Source: Acholeplasmataceae bacterium
Lineage (GTDB): Bacteria; Bacillota_I; Bacilli_A; Acholeplasmatales; Acholeplasmataceae
Assembly (NCBI GenBank): GCA_963667565.1
Contig: OY763415.1
Location: 1,184,001-1,248,000, forward strand
Reading direction: 5' to 3'
DNA length: 64,000 bases
Below are positions 49,677 to 59,727 of this stretch, in pieces. Each line of letters starts with the position of its first letter. Position 1 is the stretch's first letter. The position numbers and the translations under genes are program-made. Below the pieces are notes generated by a model. That model saw only the letters and a program-made list of their open reading frames with translations. It did not search any database and had not been told where the DNA came from.

Positions 49677-49713
49677 TTTAGTGCTTTACAATGCTAAAGT
49701 GTTAAAGTATAAT
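49677..49713 (+). promoter_or_regulatory. Promoter of the amino-acid ABC genes overlapped by the same operator
   Basis: TTTACA-N17-TATAAT. GCTTTA-N6-TAAAGT plus extra half-sites 8 bp away. Confidence 0.65.
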
Positions 49714-49735
49714 GAATTTACGAGGTGAAATAAAA

Positions 49736-50524
49736 ATGAAAAAATTACTAACTATTTTTGTATTAATGATGGGTGTATTTACACTCTCAGCATGCCAAAC
49801 TGAAATTCCAAATACATGGGCGGCTATAGAAGAAAGAGGATACTTTATTGTAGGACTTGATGATGCATTTGCTCCAATGGGTTTTAGAGATAATGATGGA
49901 AATTTAATTGGATTTGATGTTGATTTAGCTAAAGAAGTCGCAAATAGACTTGGTGTTGATGTTGTATTCCAACCGATTGATTGGGATTCTAAAGTTTTAG
50001 AATTAAACTCTGGATCCATTGATATGATTTGGAATGGACTTACGATTACAACTGAACGTGAATTAGAAATGAGCTTTTCAAATCCTTATTTATCAAATAG
50101 TCAAATGATTATGGTTAAAGCAGGTTCTACGATTGACACACTTGCTGATTTATCAGGTAAAACTGTTGGTGTTCAAATCTCAAGTGCTGCACAAGATGCA
50201 GTTGAAGCAAGTTCTATTTATGATTCATTAGGTAGTGTTATCAAATATGACAACTACAATCAAGCGCTATTAGAATTACAAAATAGTGTTATTGATGCCG
50301 TTGTTATTGATGAAATCATGGGTAGATATATTATCAGTCAAACGCCTAATTTATATGATGTTGCTACTGAAAACTTTGGCCAAGAAGAATATGGTATTGG
50401 TTTTAGACTAGAAGCTACTGATTTAAGAGATAAATTTAATGAGGTTTTAGCAGCAATGGTTGCTGATGGAACTGCAGCTACTATTTCTGAAAAGTGGTTT
50501 AACGAAAATATATTCCTTAGCTAA
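49736..50524 (+). CDS. Polar amino-acid ABC transporter substrate-binding lipoprotein
   Basis: Lipobox LSAC, GLDDAFAPMGF, GFDVDLA, IWNGLTIT-x-ER, EEYGIGFR (SBP family 3). Confidence 0.92.
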   Translation: MKKLLTIFVLMMGVFTLSACQTEIPNTWAAIEERGYFIVGLDDAFAPMGFRDNDGNLIGFDVDLAKEVANRLGVDVVFQPIDWDSKVLELNSGSIDMIWNGLTITTERELEMSFSNPYLSNSQMIMVKAGSTIDTLADLSGKTVGVQISSAAQDAVEASSIYDSLGSVIKYDNYNQALLELQNSVIDAVVIDEIMGRYIISQTPNLYDVATENFGQEEYGIGFRLEATDLRDKFNEVLAAMVADGTAATISEKWFNENIFLS

Positions 50525-51174
50525 TGGCTTATATTTTAGAAACGATACAATATTTACTTAAAGGTGCAAGTGTATCGACACTCATATTTGTTGTCACACT
50601 TGCCTTTTCTTTTCCTTTAAGTGTGATATTGTCTATCGTATATCGAAAAAATCTCATATTTAAAAAAATTGTTGCTTTTTATACGTGGTTATTTAGAGGA
50701 ACACCTTTAATGCTTCAACTCTTCTTCTTTATGTACGTTCTTCCTGCCATTCGGATTCCTACAGATCGTATGATGGTCGCATATATCACATTTATTCTTA
50801 ATTATGCTGCCTATTTCACTGAAATACTTAGAGCAGGTATAGAATCAATTGATAAAGATCAAGAAGAAAGTGCTGCAGTTTTAGGTGCAAATAAAAGACA
50901 AACATTTAGATTTGTTATATTACCTCAAGCAATAAGAAAAGAAATCCCAACCATTACAAATGAAGTGATTACTCTCATTAAAGATACATCGTTAGTGACA
51001 GTTATTGCCATCTCAGATTTGATGCGTAATGTAAAAGAGGTTGTTTCACGCGATTTTACATTATCTCCATTTGTATTAGCTGCTATATTCTATCTCATCT
51101 TTAGTTTTATAATTGTTAAAGTATTTAAGGCAATTGAAATAAAATATGACTTCATGGATAGTTATTCAATCTAA
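50524..51174 (+). CDS. Polar amino-acid ABC transporter permease
   Basis: FRGTPLMLQL, NYAAYFTEILRAGI, VILPQA, KDTSL. Confidence 0.92.
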   Translation: MAYILETIQYLLKGASVSTLIFVVTLAFSFPLSVILSIVYRKNLIFKKIVAFYTWLFRGTPLMLQLFFFMYVLPAIRIPTDRMMVAYITFILNYAAYFTEILRAGIESIDKDQEESAAVLGANKRQTFRFVILPQAIRKEIPTITNEVITLIKDTSLVTVIAISDLMRNVKEVVSRDFTLSPFVLAAIFYLIFSFIIVKVFKAIEIKYDFMDSYSI

Positions 51175-51212
51175 AAAAAACAAGGCATTAAGAGAGAGTG
51201 CCTTGTTTTTTT
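51174..51212. terminator. Bidirectional terminator between convergent genes
   Basis: AAAAAAACAAGGCA...TGCCTTGTTTTTTT. Confidence 0.75.
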
Positions 51213-52104
51213 ATCTATATATAACTTGTTTTCCGCCTCGTTTTTTTGCTTCATACATCGCTTGATCAGCTCGATGAATTGCTTCAAACAATGTTTCATC
51301 ATCTTTTTTAATGACCGCACCTATGGATGCACCTTGGTCAAGAGATTGCTCTCTTGGTCCTGTTTGTTCTAATAATATTCTAAATTTTTCTGCTACATCA
51401 ATGATATCTTTTTCATCAATATCTAATAAAAACACAACAATTTCATCACCACCATATCTTACGGCAACATCATTTCCTCTGATGTTGTGTAAGATGGTTT
51501 GAGTTAGAGAAACTAATACTCGATCACCAAATTGATGGCCATATGTATCATTTACATCTTTAAATTTATCAAAATCAATAAATAATACACCAACTGTTTT
51601 TATATGGTGGTATGCTAAATGGCTTAGCAATGCTTTTTCTATCACTCTTCGATTATATAATTTAGTTAATGGATCAATCATGGTAAGTTTTTCATTCTCA
51701 TCATAAAAATCTAGTGATAAAGTTGTTTGTGTCTGATTTGTAAAGACTTCAATTGCGCCAACAATTTCACCATATGAAACATATGGATAAACGCGTACCA
51801 AGACACGTACGCGATGCCCATTTTTATGATGCAGATACACATAATGTTCTATGATTTTATTTTCGTTAATAGCATCTACTAATGGACAATGATTTTTGCA
51901 TAGATGAATACCTTCATCATTCACATGATTTAAAATATTATCATAACAAAAAGAACCCTCAGTTTCTGCTTTCGTAAATCCCGAGATTTGTGTTGCCATT
52001 GGATTAAAGTATAATATTTGTCTTTTTTTATCAACAATATATACAGCTTCGTTATAATGATCGAACATCGCTGTTAAATTATCAAAATTTTCAAATTTCT
52101 CCAT
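51211..52104 (-). CDS. PAS-GGDEF diguanylate cyclase
   Basis: N-terminal PAS; DPLTKLYNRR, IDFDKFKDVNDTYGH..GD, I-site RGND, RYGGDEI, RADQAMY. Confidence 0.88.
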   Translation of the reverse strand: MEKFENFDNLTAMFDHYNEAVYIVDKKRQILYFNPMATQISGFTKAETEGSFCYDNILNHVNDEGIHLCKNHCPLVDAINENKIIEHYVYLHHKNGHRVRVLVRVYPYVSYGEIVGAIEVFTNQTQTTLSLDFYDENEKLTMIDPLTKLYNRRVIEKALLSHLAYHHIKTVGVLFIDFDKFKDVNDTYGHQFGDRVLVSLTQTILHNIRGNDVAVRYGGDEIVVFLLDIDEKDIIDVAEKFRILLEQTGPREQSLDQGASIGAVIKKDDETLFEAIHRADQAMYEAKKRGGKQVIYR

Positions 52105-52210
52105 TGCTATACCCCTCTACCCTCTTGTCTCTATATTTTACATAACTTTATGAGAATTTGCAATGAATATCCTAACTTAGTTTGAAATTGAAAGTTTTTA
52201 TGAACATATG

Positions 52211-52242
52211 AAAAAGCTTGGCTCAAAATAGAGTCAAGCTTT
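52211..52242 (-). terminator. Terminator after the large lipoprotein gene
   Basis: AAAGCTTGgCTC / GAGtCAAGCTTT. Confidence 0.6.
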
Positions 52243-52278
52243 AAATCATTTATTATCATTATATATGGATGATTTCAC

Positions 52279-55200
52279 TTACGAAACAGTTTGGATTATA
52301 ACATTAAATCCATATTGATTATATGTATAATTTATAAATTCAAAATAAACTGTTTGCCCGGCTGTCACTGTAAAAGATAACTCGAAATTCCATCCAGAAT
52401 AATCATCATTATATGTAACATATTGGAAGTTTTGATCATATAAGTCCACTCTTGGGTCACCGTTATCAGTGTATGATGTAATGGTATAAGTTCCAGAAGT
52501 TGTTGCAGTAAACTGATAATATGTAAGTTCTTCGCCTGCAGGAACTACAACAAGTGTATCAACAAACATTTCAGGGCTATTATAGAGCATATCTTCAAAT
52601 GATGGTTCACCTTCTAATAGTGCTGTAATACCATAACTATCCATGAATCCAATAATAACATCTAAATCAGCTGGTGATAAATTTGAATAATCTAAGGCAG
52701 TAATTGTATCTATATCATCAAATAATTGAGTGATGAAATCATTGACTGTTGTTTGCATATCATCAACTTGTGTTGAAGTTAAGTTTAAGTATGAAAGTAA
52801 TGCTTCATTAGTTAACACATCATTAAAGATAGCATATACGACTTGTCCCACTAAAATACTATTTGATAATGTATATGATTGATCAATGGCATCTACTAGC
52901 ATTAAGAATGCTGCGATTTGTGGATCTTCTGTATACTTAGTTGTTCCTAGATATGAAGTGAAATCAAGACCGTCAATTGCATTAACTAATACTGTTTCTA
53001 AAGTGAATACGTCTTCTGCGATTGAGCTTACATCTGCAATCAATGATTCAAACATTGCATCTAGTGTAGCAATTGAATTTTCTTCTGGATTTGATTGATA
53101 AATAGCAATCACCATTGGAATCTTAACAAGAGATAATATAGCTTCAATTTCTGTTGCATTAAATTGATCAGCAACGATATTGTGATATGCAACAAATGCA
53201 TCAATCAAATCATTAATTGCCAATGCTGTTTGATCCATATCTTGTCCATCAAGTGCTTCTAGAGCCATGATTGCATCAATAATTTCGCCTTCTGAAGTAA
53301 TCAATTGATCAAACGCATCTGTACCAACAGTATGAACAAGATCTATCACTGTCTTCATATTTGCATAAGATTCTGATAATTCTGTTAAAACATAATGTAG
53401 CATTTCTAATTGTAAATCAGATGGATTTTCAACTTGTAATGATTCAACATAAGCAATTGCAAAACTCATATATGCATCAAATACTAATGCTGGTTCTGGT
53501 CCATTTAACAAATCATTAAATGCAGTGATTTGATCTGGATGCGCAACAACAAATGCATCGACTTGATCATTGATAAATGTTAAGAATGCTAAGATGTCGT
53601 ATGGATCAGGGTTGAAATTACCATATTCATCAAAACCATTTTGAATTAAAGTCATCATCGATTCAATATCTGTTTGGTCAATATCACCTAAGAATAGATA
53701 TTCTAATTCAATCATTTGACCAGATAATTGAGAAATAAATGGATATGCTGCATCATATAAATCTGAAATATCTTCAAGTGTAAAGCCCATATCATCATTG
53801 ACATACATTGAAATCACATAAGGAATTTTAGCAAGTGCTAATAAATCTTCGATTTGTGCTGGTGTGAATTGTGAACCAATGACTTGATTGTATAAATTAA
53901 ATTCTTCAACAGCTTGAGTAATAAACGCTAAGACAGCTTCAGAATCTTCTGTATCTAATGTTTGATATGCGTTAATTAAATCAATGATACTTGCTTGTGA
54001 ATCAACAAATGTTGAATACACATCAATACCGATTGTTTTAACTAAATTAAGCGCTGAAGTAATTTCATCATATGAAGTTGCTAGTTCATTCAAGGCATAC
54101 ATCATCACTTCATATTGCATACTTTCTTGATCCGCCATTAAATCAACATAGTTTGTAACAACTGTAATGATATCTTCATAAATCGCTTGAGGTGTTTCTG
54201 AACCAGTTAAATCAGTTAAAGCTTGAACTTCAGTTGGATGATTTGCAATAAAGTTTTCAATATAAGTTTGTAAGAAATCAAGTAATGCAACAAAATCATC
54301 TGTATTGTTTAAAATGTCTGGTTCGCCATTGACCATTAAGTTGTTTGCATACATGCTTACTACTGCAAAGTTGGTTTCACTAAAATCACCAATAAATAGC
54401 AATGCTAAATCAATACTTGCTTCATCAACTTGTCCTAAGAATAATGCATATTGTTCTAATGAACTAAAATCCATACCTGACATAGAACTTGCAACTGCAA
54501 ATCCCAATCTATGAATTGCTGAAAAGTCTGTTGCATCTGGCATTGCGGTATCTAATAGATCGACAAAGGCATTTTTAATAATAAATATTTCAGTAATGCT
54601 TAATTCAGATTGACCTGACATCGCATCATCTAATAAATCAACAACATTTTGGGGAATATTATTTTTAATTGCAAACATGAAATCAATGACGCTAGATAAT
54701 GCCATAATCGTATCATCTTCATTTAATGCTAACATTTCTTTCATTTGTGTCATTTGATTTAATGTATTTTGTCTACGATTTAATTCTGATTGCATCATAT
54801 CGATATTCCAACCATAGCCATTAAGTGTGTTAATGACAGTTACAAGTGGACCTAGATCATCTAAAAATGCTTGATCAGCGCCAGTATAAATATTCACAGC
54901 AACTAAATATAAATTATTAATAACATCATTATGTTCATAATATAGATAGTAATAATAGTTACTTGGGTATGCCATACCATTATTATTAATATCTCTTACC
55001 ATTTCTTCAAACGCATATAAACTAGAGAATGAGAATTCTCCACCTGCACTAAACATCATATCAAGTGCATCAATTTGATCTTGTGTTGTTGCATAATTAT
55101 ACATAACATCTGCTACTGCATGGAATGCACCTGAAGCAACATAAGTATCTAAATCTGCTTGTTCATTATCTAACATAGCTTGTTGTTCTGTTAAATCCGC

Positions 55201-56358
55201 AGTTAAAAATTGACTTTGAATCGTTAGCATAAGATTTGCTAGACCATAAGAAAGTTCTGCAACTCTTTGTGTATTCATATCATATGTTTCAAATACACCT
55301 AGTGCTTCTAATAGTTGATCTATGGTATAGATTTCACCATCTTTAACCATACCGATAACACCTTGAATAAATCCAATAGCATTGTCAGTTGTCATTCCAA
55401 ATTGAGCAACTTCATCTGCATAGTATTGTGCGATATCACTTGCTGCTAAATAGTTTTGATATTCATAATCATCATTAAAGTCAGTTGATGCCATATTTGG
55501 AACATATGTATCATCGATGGCTAATAATGCTGCTTCATAAACTAAATCCTCATTTGCTTGTTGTTCAACTGTAAATGATAATGTAGTTGTTTCATCTGAA
55601 CGAACATCACCATTAACCGCAACAACTGTAACATCATATGATCCAACTGATAAATTAAGTGTTGATAAATCAAATGATAATGCATTGACTGGATATTCAG
55701 TTTCATCAACAATAACGATATAACTAATAGCATTGGTTACTGCGTTCCAACTCACAACACCATTATTGATTGCTACATTTGTTGGTGTATCAAGTTCTGT
55801 TATTGTGCTTTCAGTCACATTATATGTAACTGCAGTTGAAGCTGTTGATTGGTTTGTCCCACTAACAGCAATGACAGTAACACTATGATTACCTGTTGCT
55901 AAAGAAAGTGTTGATAAATCAAATGATGTGCTTGTCGTTGTATGATTTGTACCATCAACAGAAACAATATAACTATCTGCACCAGTAACTGCTGTCCAAC
56001 TCACTACACCACTATTGATTGCTACATTTGTAGGTGTCGATACACTTTGATTTGTATCAGCAACTACATAAGTCACAGAATTAGATGGTAGTGATAGTGA
56101 ACTATCTGCTGCGGCAACAACATATATATCATATGATCCAACGGCTAATGATTGCGTTGATAAATCAAATGATGTTTCTGATGTTTGCTCTGAATTTGTT
56201 CCAATAAACACCAAGTAATGATCAGCGTTATTCACTGCACCCCAACTCACAACACTATCATTAAGTGAAATGACTGGTGCATCTAGTTGTATGTCCCCAC
56301 AAGCGACCAGTGTTAGAGAAAACGCCAATACTGAAAGTAAAAATAATATTTTCTTCAT
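52279..56358 (-). CDS. 1359-aa acidic lipoprotein with three N-terminal beta-sandwich repeats, tandem helical repeats and a C-terminal PPC-like domain
   Basis: Lipobox LVAC. Three repeats P...VVSW-x-AV-x-x-A-x-x-Y...SFDLST...G-x-Y. C-terminal YYQFTATTSGTYTITS...DPRVDLYD...YNDD. Confidence 0.75.
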   Translation of the reverse strand: MKKILFLLSVLAFSLTLVACGDIQLDAPVISLNDSVVSWGAVNNADHYLVFIGTNSEQTSETSFDLSTQSLAVGSYDIYVVAAADSSLSLPSNSVTYVVADTNQSVSTPTNVAINSGVVSWTAVTGADSYIVSVDGTNHTTTSTSFDLSTLSLATGNHSVTVIAVSGTNQSTASTAVTYNVTESTITELDTPTNVAINNGVVSWNAVTNAISYIVIVDETEYPVNALSFDLSTLNLSVGSYDVTVVAVNGDVRSDETTTLSFTVEQQANEDLVYEAALLAIDDTYVPNMASTDFNDDYEYQNYLAASDIAQYYADEVAQFGMTTDNAIGFIQGVIGMVKDGEIYTIDQLLEALGVFETYDMNTQRVAELSYGLANLMLTIQSQFLTADLTEQQAMLDNEQADLDTYVASGAFHAVADVMYNYATTQDQIDALDMMFSAGGEFSFSSLYAFEEMVRDINNNGMAYPSNYYYYLYYEHNDVINNLYLVAVNIYTGADQAFLDDLGPLVTVINTLNGYGWNIDMMQSELNRRQNTLNQMTQMKEMLALNEDDTIMALSSVIDFMFAIKNNIPQNVVDLLDDAMSGQSELSITEIFIIKNAFVDLLDTAMPDATDFSAIHRLGFAVASSMSGMDFSSLEQYALFLGQVDEASIDLALLFIGDFSETNFAVVSMYANNLMVNGEPDILNNTDDFVALLDFLQTYIENFIANHPTEVQALTDLTGSETPQAIYEDIITVVTNYVDLMADQESMQYEVMMYALNELATSYDEITSALNLVKTIGIDVYSTFVDSQASIIDLINAYQTLDTEDSEAVLAFITQAVEEFNLYNQVIGSQFTPAQIEDLLALAKIPYVISMYVNDDMGFTLEDISDLYDAAYPFISQLSGQMIELEYLFLGDIDQTDIESMMTLIQNGFDEYGNFNPDPYDILAFLTFINDQVDAFVVAHPDQITAFNDLLNGPEPALVFDAYMSFAIAYVESLQVENPSDLQLEMLHYVLTELSESYANMKTVIDLVHTVGTDAFDQLITSEGEIIDAIMALEALDGQDMDQTALAINDLIDAFVAYHNIVADQFNATEIEAILSLVKIPMVIAIYQSNPEENSIATLDAMFESLIADVSSIAEDVFTLETVLVNAIDGLDFTSYLGTTKYTEDPQIAAFLMLVDAIDQSYTLSNSILVGQVVYAIFNDVLTNEALLSYLNLTSTQVDDMQTTVNDFITQLFDDIDTITALDYSNLSPADLDVIIGFMDSYGITALLEGEPSFEDMLYNSPEMFVDTLVVVPAGEELTYYQFTATTSGTYTITSYTDNGDPRVDLYDQNFQYVTYNDDYSGWNFELSFTVTAGQTVYFEFINYTYNQYGFNVIIQTVS

Positions 56359-56487
56359 AATACCCTCCTATTGAATCTAAATTTTAATTTATATTACATA
56401 TAAATAGTCAATACCCTCTTCGCCTTCATTATATATTTTTATATTTTAATTAACAATAGCAGATTGTTATAATATCAAAGTATTTCT

Positions 56488-58992
56488 TTAAAATGTTCTA
56501 ATATAACTCATATATGTAGTTTTTTTAATTAAAAATATTTGATAAATCATCACACATATCCATATGAGTAAATTTAGCGTAAATCCATAAATGATTGGTT
56601 TAAATGAAAATATAATATATTCATAAGTTTTGAAAACTACGATAAATTCACTTAAAGCTAGATATACTAGTATGAAAACGATGATAGATATAAAGATACT
56701 TATTAGAAATACAACGCCTTGATTTATGATTCTATACTTAATCATATTTTTTTTAGAAAGTCCCAAAGTATAAATTTTTGCGTCATCCTCAGATTCTAAA
56801 TAATGCAACATCGTTGTATGATTAAATAATGAGATGATGAAACTTAACATCATCAATCCTATAATTGCAGATAAATATATTTTTACTCTACTCATTTGTA
56901 TTATCATAGGATCAACGACGGTTTTATTGTAATCTGTAATAATCACCATCTTTTGTCCATAAAGATTGATAAGCTGTTCTTCTAGCAATGTTTTATCAAT
57001 CGCTTTTAGTAAAATTGCATTTCGGTCAATACTTTCATAAGAACTATCTTCAAATAAATTGATAAATGCTAAATCCAATGTTTCTTTAGGATAAAATCCT
57101 GCAATGGTAAAAACGACATCCTCATATGATGGACCAAATGTAAGTGAAATCGAATCTCCAATTTGATATTGATATACTTCTTCATATTTTTTTGATAATA
57201 TAATTTGATGAAATCTAGTTTGATATTGATTAATAACTTCTTGGTCAATACTCACATTAAAATAATTTGAAATATCTTGACCACTGATAGAAACAACTTG
57301 ATTGATTGAAATCTGATCTATGTTCGTTTCTACATTTTGGAAATATCCTACTAGTTTTGCTTCATCAACTTGGTCAAGCGTTAATACTTCTTGGTACATA
57401 TCTTCATTTTGATTCATCATTCTTGTCATGACTAGATCAAATTGATATTCACTATCTAGACGATCGATTCTATGTTGCATATGATCAAGTGTAAACATAA
57501 GTAAAAATATGACAACAAATACCGTTAACATCATAGATATATAATGATAAAATTGTCGTTTATTAAGTAATTTCTTGTAAAGTAATGCTTGCGGTGTAGA
57601 TTGTTTAAAGATAAATGATATTTTATGGATTAACACCGGTGTTATCAAAAAAAGAAATAAAAGTGCACAGATGACTAGGATGATAGAACGATAATAGCTT
57701 AATATAACAAAGCCAAGATATGTACTTAAAACAACATAAATCATCATCACTATCAAAGCTATAATGACATGTTTTTTAATATGGAGTCGTTTCTCAATTC
57801 CTTGTGTGTGCATATGTTTTATATCAGTCTCTTGATTGAATTTAAACAAATGAACCGCGATCACACCTACAAAAATGGTAATGATAAATAAACTAGCAGT
57901 AACCATTTGTATCGTTGTTAACTGATATGTTCTAAATGACTCTAAATATGTAAATCCTGCTTGTATAATGAGATTGGTCAAAATGACACCGATATACATA
58001 CCACTTAATAACAATACACTTATCTCAACGAGCAAAATCGAGATCGAGAATTGCTTACTTCCTCCTAATACACCAATAGTGGAACTCATCTTCTTTTTAT
58101 CATAAAAATAGACGACAAGCGTTGTTTCCAAAACTAATATGATTGCTGCAAAAACAATCACAATAACAACATCAAAGAGCGCAACCATACGATTTACATC
58201 AATATTGATTTGCATCAAATTAAATGTTTCAACATAGTTCAATAATTCATATGAACTCACATTATCAAATATATCTTTCGCTTGTAAATAAGAGGTTTGA
58301 TCATTTAAGTCAATATAAACTCTGTTATATAAATTTGTAAGTAATGCTGTAGGAAATGAAGCAAGTGTTGGACTTAATGATTCTAAAAAGAATGACATTG
58401 CCGTTTGTTTTTCTACAAACACACTAGGACCGCTAAAAAGATAAGCATCATCAATGATATCTATAATAGTGAAAGCTTTGTTCGTATCACTTGCATGTAA
58501 AAGAATCTGATCATCTACATGTAAATCATTCATATCAGCATATGATTTTGTGATAATAATTTGATCATCATTGAGTGTATCTAAATCCGTGTGAACCGAA
58601 GATGCAATATGCTTAAATGATGCCATATCTGATGCATATATATGTACATATGACATATCAAGATCAACAGATGATAAAACATCAAATTCAAAAAATGGAT
58701 AATATGCATCCATCTGATTTGATATATCCGGGTCATCAAAGTCACTTATTGAGAAAAATCTTGAACTTCCTTGACTACTAACTTCTAAAACCATATCAAT
58801 ATTTTGATATTTACTTTCAATTTTCCCATAATAATAATTAAACATGACATCATTCATGGAAATTGATAAAAAAATGGTTAATGAAACGCCTAAAAAACCT
58901 AGCCACAAAAGGATAGATCTCATTGGGTGAAATATTACATTTTTAAATGCAAATCTAAAAACAAATAATATTTTATGAATGCGTCTTTTCAT
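56488..58992 (-). CDS. FtsX/MacB-like ABC transporter permease (duplicated architecture)
   Basis: AFKN...MRSIL start and two large extracellular domains, each followed by 3-4 TMs. Coupled to a LolD-like ATPase. Confidence 0.8.
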   Translation of the reverse strand: MKRRIHKILFVFRFAFKNVIFHPMRSILLWLGFLGVSLTIFLSISMNDVMFNYYYGKIESKYQNIDMVLEVSSQGSSRFFSISDFDDPDISNQMDAYYPFFEFDVLSSVDLDMSYVHIYASDMASFKHIASSVHTDLDTLNDDQIIITKSYADMNDLHVDDQILLHASDTNKAFTIIDIIDDAYLFSGPSVFVEKQTAMSFFLESLSPTLASFPTALLTNLYNRVYIDLNDQTSYLQAKDIFDNVSSYELLNYVETFNLMQINIDVNRMVALFDVVIVIVFAAIILVLETTLVVYFYDKKKMSSTIGVLGGSKQFSISILLVEISVLLLSGMYIGVILTNLIIQAGFTYLESFRTYQLTTIQMVTASLFIITIFVGVIAVHLFKFNQETDIKHMHTQGIEKRLHIKKHVIIALIVMMIYVVLSTYLGFVILSYYRSIILVICALLFLFLITPVLIHKISFIFKQSTPQALLYKKLLNKRQFYHYISMMLTVFVVIFLLMFTLDHMQHRIDRLDSEYQFDLVMTRMMNQNEDMYQEVLTLDQVDEAKLVGYFQNVETNIDQISINQVVSISGQDISNYFNVSIDQEVINQYQTRFHQIILSKKYEEVYQYQIGDSISLTFGPSYEDVVFTIAGFYPKETLDLAFINLFEDSSYESIDRNAILLKAIDKTLLEEQLINLYGQKMVIITDYNKTVVDPMIIQMSRVKIYLSAIIGLMMLSFIISLFNHTTMLHYLESEDDAKIYTLGLSKKNMIKYRIINQGVVFLISIFISIIVFILVYLALSEFIVVFKTYEYIIFSFKPIIYGFTLNLLIWICVMIYQIFLIKKTTYMSYIRTF

Positions 58993-59653
58993 CTTTTATG
59001 ATCTCTCCACTTTTCATATGCAACGTACGAGTTCCATAAGATGTTGTATCTATATTATGTGTGACCATAAGAATAGTTTTCTTATATGTTTGATTAAGTG
59101 TTTTAAATAACTCCATAATTTTTAAACCTGTTTGATAATCAAGATTACCTATAGGTTCATCAGCAAAAATAAGCTTAGGTTCATTTATAAGTGCTCTTGC
59201 TATAGCTACTCTTTGTTGCTGTCCCCCTGATAATTCTGATGGATAACTGTCTTTTTCATGATCCATTTCAACCATTTTTAATGCATCAATAATTTTTTCT
59301 TTTGAAATTTGTTTACCAATCACAGATGCAAGTTTAACATTTTCATATACTGTAAGGTTGGGAATTAAATGAAAAAACTGAAAAACAAACCCAATATCAT
59401 GGCTTCTTAATTCAGCTTTATCTTTTTCTTTATATGTCTTCATATCTTTATTAAAAAGCAACAATGTGCCTAAATCATAAGTTTCAAGTCCACTTAACGT
59501 ATAAAGTAATGTCGTTTTCCCTGATCCTGAAGGTCCTACAATTGAAACAAATTCTCCATCTTCAACATCAAGATTAATATTTTTTAATACTTCAACATCA
59601 AATTTAGATTTGTGATAAGTCTTAAATAATCCTTTTGCGTGTATTTGATTCAT
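58973..59653 (-). CDS. ABC transporter ATPase (LolD/MacB-like)
   Basis: [32 protein letters not shown]. Confidence 0.92.
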   Translation of the reverse strand: MNQIHAKGLFKTYHKSKFDVEVLKNINLDVEDGEFVSIVGPSGSGKTTLLYTLSGLETYDLGTLLLFNKDMKTYKEKDKAELRSHDIGFVFQFFHLIPNLTVYENVKLASVIGKQISKEKIIDALKMVEMDHEKDSYPSELSGGQQQRVAIARALINEPKLIFADEPIGNLDYQTGLKIMELFKTLNQTYKKTILMVTHNIDTTSYGTRTLHMKSGEIIKDEKTHS

Positions 59654-59685
59654 ATGTATCCCTCATTTCATCTTTATTATATAAC

Positions 59686-59715
59686 AAAAAAGTCCTTCTT
59701 TTGAAGGACTCTTTC
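59686..59715 (-). terminator. Terminator after the ferritin-like gene
   Basis: AGTCCTTC-tttt-GAAGGACT with an A-tract. Confidence 0.7.
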
Positions 59716-59727
59716 ATTTTTATTAAA

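Noticed and set aside
55570..56295. DNA direct repeats as a CRISPR array
   Set aside because: They are in-frame, degenerate at third codon positions, spaced about 250 bp apart within a lipoprotein gene, and there are no cas genes.
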